From: Phycisphaerae bacterium | GTDB taxonomy: Bacteria; Planctomycetota; Phycisphaerae; UBA1845 | DNA length: 64,000 nucleotides | Assembly: GCA_029260135.1 (NCBI GenBank) | Contig: JAJDDV010000146.1 | Location: forward strand, 33,303 to 97,302 | Reading direction: 5' to 3' | In this document: in pieces, positions 9,166 to 17,400 of the stretch | Layout: the number at the start of each line of letters is the position of its first letter | Position numbering within the stretch: position 1 is the first letter of the stretch | Made by a program: the position numbers and the translations under genes | The notes under the pieces: model-generated | Told to the model about the DNA's origin: nothing | Seen by the model: the letters and a program-made list of their open reading frames with translations, nothing else | Database searches by the model: none

Positions 9166-11349
9166 TTACCTTTCTTCTGCCCGGCCTTTGTGGGCGATTT
9201 CATGGCGACAATCGCTGATGAACCGCTCGAGTGACAGGTTGCCGAGCGTGCGCCCGTCACGGTCGTTGACGTTTAACGTCTCGTTTTCGGCTTCCTTCTC
9301 GCCGACGACGACGATGTAGTTCACCTTGCCGGCCCGGAGACGGTGCTTCTTCGGACCGATCTTCTCATCACTGAGATCCAGTTCCGCTCGCAGCCCAGCA
9401 GCCTTGAGTGCTTCGAATACGCGCCGTCCGTACGCCACGCTCTTGTCGCTGACGGTCGCAACAGCAACCTGCACCGGCGAGAGCCACAGCGGAAACGCGC
9501 CGGCAAAATGCTCGATCAAAATGCCGACGAACCGTTCCATACTCCCAAAAGGAGCCCGGTGGATCATGATCGGGCGGTGCGGGGCGTTGTCGGCCCCAAT
9601 GTACGAAAGATCGAACCGTTCCGGCAGGTTGTAGTCGGCCTGGACCGTGCCGAGTTGCCACGTGCGACCGATGCAATCGCGTACGACAAAGTCGATCTTC
9701 GGCCCGTAGAACGCCGCCTCGCCCTGCTCCACCGAGTAATCGACACCACTTTCCTGCGCGGCGGATTGTACCGCCACTTCGGCTTTCGCCCAGTTCTCCG
9801 CGGATCCGACCCACTTCTCACTCTTCTCATCGCGCAGGCCGACGCGGACGCGATAATCAGTCAAGCCCAGCGTCGCGAGCACGCGCCGTGTGAGATCAAC
9901 CGTGGCCATCAGCTCCGCCTGGAGTTGGTCGTTCGTGCAGAAAAGGTGCGCATCGTCGGTGGTAAACCCGCGAACACGCGTCATACCGCTGATCTCGCCG
10001 CTCTGCTCGAAGCGATAGACCGTACCATACTCAGCCAGGCGAACCGGAAGATCGCGATAACTTCGCGGCCTCGACGCGTAGATCTGAATGTGGTGCGGAC
10101 AGTTCATCGGCCGCAGGAGATAGCCCGGTTCCCGCGCCAGCGCCGCGTACAGTCTCTCAATCACGGCGTCCAGCGAAAGATTCTCGCCGAGCCCCTCGAT
10201 CGCGCCCCAAGTCGACTGCAAGGCGTCAGCCATGGCGCCCACCGCCTCTGCGGAGCCCGCGCCCCCGGCTTCCCCGGCGCCCCGAATGCGCTGAGCAAGC
10301 TGCAGCGTCGCCTGGATGGCCTTCCCACGCTCCGACTCGAACATGGCCGGATATTGCGACTCTTCGTAATACGGATAGTGACCGCTGGTTCGATACAACC
10401 CGAGCTGGCCGATGTGCGGCGACATCACCATGTCGTAATTGAGCTTCTTCATCTCCTGGGTGAGATAGTCTTGAAGCTCCATACGAATAATCGTGCCCTT
10501 GGGTTGCCAGAGCACCAATCCGCTTCCCACTTGATCGCTGATCGTGAACAGCTCGAGGTCCTTGCCGATGACGCGGTGGTCGCGCTTCTTGGCCTCTTCC
10601 AACTGCACGAGATACGCGTCGAGAGACGCCTTCTTGAAGAACGCCGTGCCATACACGCGCTGGAGCGGTTGATCGTTGACATCGCCGCGATAGAACGACC
10701 GACTGACCTGGCGGATTTTGAACGCCTTGACCAGCTTCGTTCGCGGAATGTGCGGCCCGCGACAAAGGTCCTCGAAATTCGTCCCGGGGCAATCTCCGGT
10801 GACGTAGAAGCTCAGCGAATCGCCGTCCGCGCGCTCGGCATTCTCGATCTTGTACCGGCTTCCCTCGTCGCGCAGCTTGGCCATGCCTCCGTCGCGCGGC
10901 AACTCATACCGCTGGAACGACCGGTCCTCTTTGATGATCCTCGCCATTTCCGATTCGATCCGCGGAAAATCCTCCGGCGTGATCGACTGGGGCAGGTCAA
11001 TGTCGTAATAGAACCCGTCTTCAAGCGGTGGCCCGTAGACGAGTTGGGTTTCCGGAAAGAGCGTGCAGATCGCCTCGGCCATGATGTGCGCCGCGCTGTG
11101 ACGAAGCACCTCGAGGCTGTCAGCGTTTTCGTCCGTCGCGGTGAGAAGGGCGAGTTCACAGTCGCCCGGAAGGGGCTGCGAAAGGTCGACGATCCGGCTG
11201 TCGCCGTTGCTCGTGACACGAGCGGCGACCGCTTTCCTGGCCAATCCGGGACCGATCATTCCGGCGATGTCCGCCGACGTCGCTCCGTCTTGCGCTTCCA
11301 ATACGTTGCCGTCTGGCAGTCTGACTTTCAGCAGGCCATCTCCCATCAT
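9166..11349 (-). CDS. thrS: Threonyl-tRNA synthetase
   Basis: TGS domain (LKVRLPDG..), editing-domain HSAAH motif, class II core (..RPMNCPHH.., ..FTTDDAHLF..) and an anticodon-binding C-terminus. Start chosen at the MM pair (11349). The ORF track's 14-aa extension is unsupported. Confidence 0.95.
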   Translation of the reverse strand: MMGDGLLKVRLPDGNVLEAQDGATSADIAGMIGPGLARKAVAARVTSNGDSRIVDLSQPLPGDCELALLTATDENADSLEVLRHSAAHIMAEAICTLFPETQLVYGPPLEDGFYYDIDLPQSITPEDFPRIESEMARIIKEDRSFQRYELPRDGGMAKLRDEGSRYKIENAERADGDSLSFYVTGDCPGTNFEDLCRGPHIPRTKLVKAFKIRQVSRSFYRGDVNDQPLQRVYGTAFFKKASLDAYLVQLEEAKKRDHRVIGKDLELFTISDQVGSGLVLWQPKGTIIRMELQDYLTQEMKKLNYDMVMSPHIGQLGLYRTSGHYPYYEESQYPAMFESERGKAIQATLQLAQRIRGAGEAGGAGSAEAVGAMADALQSTWGAIEGLGENLSLDAVIERLYAALAREPGYLLRPMNCPHHIQIYASRPRSYRDLPVRLAEYGTVYRFEQSGEISGMTRVRGFTTDDAHLFCTNDQLQAELMATVDLTRRVLATLGLTDYRVRVGLRDEKSEKWVGSAENWAKAEVAVQSAAQESGVDYSVEQGEAAFYGPKIDFVVRDCIGRTWQLGTVQADYNLPERFDLSYIGADNAPHRPIMIHRAPFGSMERFVGILIEHFAGAFPLWLSPVQVAVATVSDKSVAYGRRVFEALKAAGLRAELDLSDEKIGPKKHRLRAGKVNYIVVVGEKEAENETLNVNDRDGRTLGNLSLERFISDCRHEIAHKGRAEER

Positions 11350-11724
11350 GGCCGGGTTCGTCGGCCCGAAGACAAGCGACGGGCCCAACAAAAAACGGAC
11401 CGGCGGTTTACGACGTACGCAACGCTTCCGCCCAGGCCGACCAAGACCACGGTGACACCAGGGCTACTCATCGTGCGTGCGTCATCAACCGCTGATCCGC
11501 TCTACTAAACCATCCCGATCTACGGGGAACCGTCAGCTCACGTCCCCGGATGCAGGATCAAAACCACAATTCAATATATCACATCGGTGGATTCGGTCAA
11601 GGAGTTTCGCTCAGCCGCCGCGCGGCCTCACCGACCCCAAACAGCCTTGAACCGCTCCCAGGGCGGGTTTCGCCCTACGCGCCGCCTTCCGGCGTGTCCA
11701 GGCCCGGCCGCCCGCACCTCTCCA

Positions 11725-11910
11725 TCACGCGGCCACGAACATTCCGGTCAGCAGGGTTTCCACGATCCCCGTCAGAATCGCGGTCATGAAGCCCGCAATC
11801 ACGGAAATGAACTCGGTCGACATCAGGTATCCGGTAATGTCCAGCATCGTTTCGGTCACTCCTTCGAGCGTCAAACCTGAGCCGCCCCGCGCGGCCATGG
11901 GCTCGCCCAT
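11725..11910 (-). CDS. Possible small hydrophobic protein (61 aa, or 40 aa from internal ATG 11847)
   Basis: Only coding-looking ORF in the roughly 1.1-kb gap 11350-12459. The C-terminal 40 aa (MLDITGYLMSTEFISVIAGFMTAILTGIVETLLTGMFVAA) is one TM-like helix, preceded by GAAGGAG 11 nt upstream of ATG 11847. I recognise no homology. Confidence 0.3.
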   Translation of the reverse strand: MGEPMAARGGSGLTLEGVTETMLDITGYLMSTEFISVIAGFMTAILTGIVETLLTGMFVAA

Positions 11911-12405
11911 CCATCCGGGGATGATACCACCCTGGACCGGGCTCGCAATCGGCTATGCCGGCGATCGCGCGTAGCGACAAAACCGTACAGCACGGGACCC
12001 GGCGGGACGCGAGGCGGTCTCTGAGCGCGTGGGAGCGCCCTGGCACACGCGACGGGACCGACCGTACAACTGGACCCGGCTCAGTCGGGTCGCCACGGAC
12101 GGAGCCCCCGCGGTGATCCGCGCAGAACGCCCGATGGCAACCATGCTCGATCAGGTCCAACGGGGCGGCGTGAAGCGATCTTCGGAGCGAGTGCATTGGT
12201 GAACGATGGTCGGCGATTCAATCGAGGGACGAGCGTGAGACCGCACAGGAAAGTCAAGAGCCTGCGGTCGGAAAAATGCAACGTCCGAAGATGCTTCCAG
12301 CGCGCCGGATCGCCGCTCACATGGATAGAAGCGGCCGTGGAAAACTCCGTCGGCGCTTGTATTGAAAAGGGCAAATAACTACAATGGCGGTTCGCGGGAG
12401 GTATG

Positions 12406-12434
12406 TTGACTGGCAAATACCGGTTCCATATACG
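12406..12434 (+). promoter_or_regulatory. Candidate sigma70-type promoter for the beta-helix gene
   Basis: TTGACT (12406-12411), a 17-nt spacer, then TATACG (12429-12434), about 25 nt upstream of ATG 12460. Pattern match only. Confidence 0.3.
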
Positions 12435-12459
12435 CAAGTCCAAGAGGGGGTAACCCGGA

Positions 12460-13761
12460 ATGATGACAAGACCCATCCTGATCGGCTTGGCGCTTTGCGC
12501 CGCATGTTGCGTCTCGGCCCAGGCCCAGACTGTATTGTACGTTGACGCAAACGCTGACCTGACACCGCACAACGGCTCGGACTGGTGTCATGCCTATCTG
12601 ACGCTGACCGACGCCCTTGCGGCAGCCGGGGCCAACACCACCATTCGCGTCGCGAATGGAACCTACCGTCCGGGCACGTCGAGGAATTCAACCTTCGGCC
12701 TCATCGACAGCGTGACGATCTCCGGCGGCCACGCCGGATGCAATGACGGCGGCGATGAACGGAACATCGCACGAAATGAGACGATCCTCAGCGGTGACCT
12801 GGCCGGAGATGATCAAACCGGCGGCGACAACAGTGAGAACAGCTACCACGTCGTGACCGGAAGCGGTCGCGACGCAACCGCGGTGCTTGACGGCTTCACC
12901 ATCACCGGCGGAAACGCCGACGGATCCCCGGACCACGGCGGCGGCCTCTATATCGATGGAGGAAGCCCGACGATTGTGAACTGCACGTTCCGCCGAAACT
13001 CGGCTGGCTATGGCGGTGCCGTCATGGTGTCTGCTGGAAACGATCCAACGTTCACCAACTGTCGATTCGTTGGAAACTCGGCCCCACTCGGCGGAGCGGT
13101 TTACGCCGACAGCGGCAGCGCGGTGTTTACAAACTGCGTCTTCGCCGGAAACTGGGCCGAGGGGTCCGGCGGTGCTATTCTTGCCGCCGTCTTCGATGGG
13201 ACGTTGGTGAACTGTACATTTGCCAACAACACGGGACCTAGCGGCGGCGGCGCTGTGCATCTGCTTTTTGGCAACAACCTGACCTTCGCCAACTGTATTC
13301 TGTGGGGCAACACGCCCAACCAGATCGAAGAGTTCGGGAGCAGTGCGGTTGTCGCCGTAGATCGCACCTGCATCCAGGACGGCTGGACCGGGACCGGCAA
13401 CATCACCACCAGTCCACAATTCGCTCGAGACCCCGGTCCGGGTTCCGACGGCGAGTGGGGCACGCCGGACGACGACTACGGAGATCTGACCCTGCAAGGC
13501 GGATCTCCAGCGATCGATGCGGGAGATTCCAGCGCGATCCTCGCAGGTGTCTACGTCGATCTGGCCCTCAACGTGCGGGTCCTCGACGATCCGAACACGA
13601 CGGATACCGGTGTCGGCATCGGCGTGCCGCCGCTCACGGTCGATATGGGCGCGTACGAACACCCGATCTTCAGCCGGAATCTGGGCGATGTCGACGGTGA
13701 CGGTGACGTCGACCTCGAGGACTTCGCGTTCTTCTTCGAAGAGTTCATCGGCCCCCGATGA
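12460..13761 (+). CDS. Secreted right-handed parallel beta-helix repeat protein with C-terminal dockerin/EF-hand-like motif
   Basis: Signal peptide MMTRPILIGLALCAACCVSAQAQ. Repeated ..GGA(V/I)....GS..F.NC.F.GN.A units follow. The C-terminus reads GDVDGDGDVDLEDFAFFFEEF. Confidence 0.8.
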   Translation: MMTRPILIGLALCAACCVSAQAQTVLYVDANADLTPHNGSDWCHAYLTLTDALAAAGANTTIRVANGTYRPGTSRNSTFGLIDSVTISGGHAGCNDGGDERNIARNETILSGDLAGDDQTGGDNSENSYHVVTGSGRDATAVLDGFTITGGNADGSPDHGGGLYIDGGSPTIVNCTFRRNSAGYGGAVMVSAGNDPTFTNCRFVGNSAPLGGAVYADSGSAVFTNCVFAGNWAEGSGGAILAAVFDGTLVNCTFANNTGPSGGGAVHLLFGNNLTFANCILWGNTPNQIEEFGSSAVVAVDRTCIQDGWTGTGNITTSPQFARDPGPGSDGEWGTPDDDYGDLTLQGGSPAIDAGDSSAILAGVYVDLALNVRVLDDPNTTDTGVGIGVPPLTVDMGAYEHPIFSRNLGDVDGDGDVDLEDFAFFFEEFIGPR

Positions 13762-13825
13762 CGGGCCCCCGCGAAGTTGGTCGATCCAATGCGAACGGCG
13801 CGGTCGTTCCTTGGGCTGTTCGTGC

Positions 13826-14482
13826 CTACGCGCCCAGCACCGCCGTCGCCCAGGTGGACGGATCGACATACCAGTTGAGATCGTCGCCGACGGTCAAATA
13901 CTGCTGGCCATGATCTCCGTCTTCGAGGATGTAGTAGAACCCGATCCGCGCGTGCTCGGCCGGGTCAAACCCCGAGAGACACTCCGCGGGCACATGCGCT
14001 TCCAGAAAGTAACCGTCGGCGGACACGTCCGACGCAACGCTGATCCGTTCCACGGATACAGCCGGTGCGTGCTCCCGCGCACGTTTGATCGCATTCACCC
14101 CAGCCACAGGCTTGTCACCCTTGCGCCCGCCGCCCGTCGGCAGAAAGAAGAACTGCTGACAGAAGCGCGTCGCCCTCTTGTTCGACCTCGCATCGCGCAT
14201 ATCCGTGCAGAGGCGGAGGTTGTCCCCGGCCCAGAACGTCTTGGCGTTGCACCGAAGCGGGCGCCGCTTATCCGTGACGCGGCAGGCAATCCACAATCCC
14301 CGCTCATTCCAACAGCACCACACGTCGGCGAAGTCACCCATGCCGTCGATCTCGCCGAACTTCGGCAGCAGATCCGCGTCCGTCCAGTCGGAGGGGTCTC
14401 CATCCATCACCGGCGCAGCCTCGCGGTAGTGGAGCCGAAACTCCACGTCGAACAGGAATCGGTTGGGAATTAGAGTGGTCAT
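13826..14482 (-). CDS. CBM9/DOMON-like domain protein without signal peptide, translationally coupled to the giant UvrA-like gene
   Basis: Lies in ORF 13826..14578. ATG 14482 overlaps the UvrA-like stop (ATGA at 14479-14482). The sequence (..MDGDPSDWTDADLLP...ADVWCCWNERGLWIACRVTD.. / ..GYFLEAHVPAECL...ARIGFYYILEDGD) follows the CBM family 9-like pattern. Confidence 0.6.
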   Translation of the reverse strand: MTTLIPNRFLFDVEFRLHYREAAPVMDGDPSDWTDADLLPKFGEIDGMGDFADVWCCWNERGLWIACRVTDKRRPLRCNAKTFWAGDNLRLCTDMRDARSNKRATRFCQQFFFLPTGGGRKGDKPVAGVNAIKRAREHAPAVSVERISVASDVSADGYFLEAHVPAECLSGFDPAEHARIGFYYILEDGDHGQQYLTVGDDLNWYVDPSTWATAVLGA

Positions 14483-17400
14483 GCCGATTGCAGTGCCTCC
14501 TCCCGGTCGATCGTACGGCACGCGCGCCACGCCGCCGACATCTGCTTGGAGTCGTTTTGCCCCAGCGTGTGGAGCCAAAAGACAATCCGGTCATACGCCT
14601 CTTGTGGTTTGATCTCGACGTCCTCGCCGAGTCGATCAACTTGCGTCGGTGTCAGTGCGGCGGTAGGGGAGCGAAGCTCCACGCGCAATCCCCGCCCGAT
14701 GTTCGTGACGATCTTCGCCGTGTAGCGATCCTCTCCCGGCCCCAAGAGCTGAACCGCGGTGCGCGCTTCCCACCGAACCTCGAGATCGGGCTGGATCGCT
14801 TTGAACCGTCCGATCAACGTCATCAGCGTCGCTGGCTTCCACCGAATGACGTGGCGGCGCGAGATCGACTTCTGCGACAGATGCCACGCCTGACCGTCCG
14901 CCTTCCAGGGCTGTGCGGCGTCGGGGTCGGCCTTGATCTGCGACATTTGCTGCGCATATGCCGTGGCGGCCTCCTTGAGCAGCGCTCGGCCCTTGGCTTT
15001 TGTCAGGTCTTTGAAGTCGCGCAGATGGAGGCGCAATTCCTCCCACCCGTCCGTGAGTGTTCGGTGTCGCACCCGATCCCACTGTCCGTAGATGGGGAGG
15101 TCCTTTCTCTCATCCAGCGTCTTGATGGAGAGTCTCTGACGCAATCTCTCCGGATCGAAGGTGTTCTCAGGAACTCGAATCGCCACGTCCAACAGGTCCT
15201 TCGCTCCGGTCAAAATATGGCAAAACCACATTTTCGCGCCCTTCGCCTTGAGCTCGATACGCGTGCGGTGGTTCCAATCCGGCGGGGCGAATTCGCCCAC
15301 CGAAGTTGCGGTATCCACAAACCAGGTGAGAACTTCGGCGTCCCACTTGACCGGTTCGCCCTTGCTGTCGAGATGATCGACCGTGTGCCACGCCCGCCCG
15401 TCCCGCTCCCACGGCATCCGGACGGATTCATCGCTGCCGGCGGGGTGGGGGAGCGGTGCGTGTTGTTCCTTGCTCGATCGTTTGGCTGACAAGGAGGCGA
15501 TCGCAGTCTCCTTTGATCCGGCAGCGCGTTTCTTTCCCGGTACATGAACGATTCGATCTTCGACCGGTCCAGCATCGAGCGCCGGCTTGAGCACACGACC
15601 GGTGTGCGAGCCCTTCGATCGCACGACCTCCTCCGGCGTTCCTTCAAACACGATCCTTCCGCCGATTTCGCCCGCCTCAGGACCGAGGTCGATCATCCAG
15701 TCGGCCGTCTTGATGACGTCGAGATTGTGCTCGATGCAGATGCACGTGTTCCCGCCGTCGACCAGTCGGTGCAAAACACCCAGGAGCTTCCTGAGATCAT
15801 CAAAGTGCAGTCCGGTCGTCGGTTCGTCGAGAATGTAGAGCGTCTTGCCTGTAGACGGCCGGCCGAGTTCCGCAGCCAGTTTGATCCGCTGCGCCTCGCC
15901 GCCCGAAAGGGTCGGCGCCGACTGACCGAGCTGGACATACCCGAGCCCGACGTCATCGAGCGTTTCGAGCATCCGCCGAATCTTGGGCACGTTCTCGAAC
16001 TGCTCGAGCGCCTCCGACACACGCATGTTCAACACGTCGACGATGCTGTGTCCACGATAACAGGCCTCGAGCGTCTCGGGAACATATCGCGCCCCCCGGC
16101 AACTCTCACATTCCACCCACACATCCGGAAGGAAGTGCATCTCAATACACTGCTGCCCCATCCCCTGACACGCCTCACAACGACCGCCCGGTCGATTGAA
16201 GCTGAACCGGTTCGCGGTGTACCCGCGCATCCGGCTAACGGGGAGTCGCGCAAACAAGTTGCGAATCACGTCGAAAACACCGGTATACGTCGCCGGGTTG
16301 CTCGTCGGGCTCACGCCGATCGGTGACTGGTCGACGTTGACGACCTTGTCGATGTTCTCGATTCCGCTGATGCGCTCGTGTCCGCCGGGCACCAACCGCG
16401 CCCGGTGAATCCTCGCCGCCAGCGCGTTGTGCAGAATGGAAGAAACCAGCGTGCTCTTCCCGCTTCCTGACACGCCGGTGACGCACGTGAATCGACCCAG
16501 CGGAAAGGCAACGTCAATCTCCTTGAGGTTGTTCTCCCTGGCACCGTGGATCGTAAGGTGCGCCGTGTCGGCATCCACCGATCGCCGGTTCGACGGCACG
16601 GGGATCGCCTTCTTCGATCCCAGATACTGACCGGTCAACGACGCTCGCTTCGAACGAAGCCGCTTCGGCGTTGCCGCAGCCGTGATCTCCCCGCCGAAAG
16701 TTCCCGCGCCGGGACCGAAGTCCAGCACGTGATCCGCCGCATCGATCACGTCCCGGTCGTGCTCCACAAGCAGCAATGTGTTTCCCAGATCGCGCAACCG
16801 CTTGAGCGCTCGAATCAACCGATCGTTGTCTCGCGGGTGAAGGCCGATTGTCGGTTCATCAAGTACGTACAGTACGCCGGTCAGTCCCGTACCAATCTGA
16901 GAGGCAAGCTGTATCCGCTGCGATTCTCCGCCGGAAAGCGTCGAAGCCGTCCGGTGCAGCGTCACATAGTCCAGCCCGACGTCGACAAGAAAACGCAATC
17001 GCGACTCGATCTCGTGCAGCAACTCACCGGCGATCTTGCGTTCCCGCGCAGGCAGCTTCAGCTTCTCAAACCAGGCAACCGCCTTGCCCAGCGGCCACAG
17101 GCAGAGCTCGTGGATCGTGACGTCCGCCAGGCGCACCGCCGCGGATTCGGCACGAAGACGTCCGCCCGCACAAGTGTCGCACGGGACATCGGTCACGAGG
17201 TCTTCCAGGCGCTTGCGAAACAGCCAACTCGAACGCGTCGCCCGGTTGATCGCCGGGAAATACCCGCGCCACTTGAACCGGATTCCGGTGAGGTCTTCGC
17301 CGGCGAACCTTCGAGCCTTGCCCTTGGTGCGCTGCGGCTTCGCCTCGATCCATTCATCGTCACACCCGTGCAGAAACGCCAGACGCTGCACTTCACTGAG

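Noticed and set aside
11587-11600. GGTGGATTCGGTC, vaguely like a reverse-complemented tRNA/tmRNA T-arm (GGATTCGAACC).
   Set aside because: It is an imperfect match. No acceptor stem or anticodon arm can be drawn around it, and there is no tmRNA tag-like reading frame.
12247-12255. AGGAAAGTC, reminiscent of the RNase P RNA P4 motif GAGGAAAGTCC.
   Set aside because: None of the other universally conserved RNase P segments (for example GGTAAGAGCGCACC or ACAGAACCCGGCTTA-like) are present nearby on either strand.
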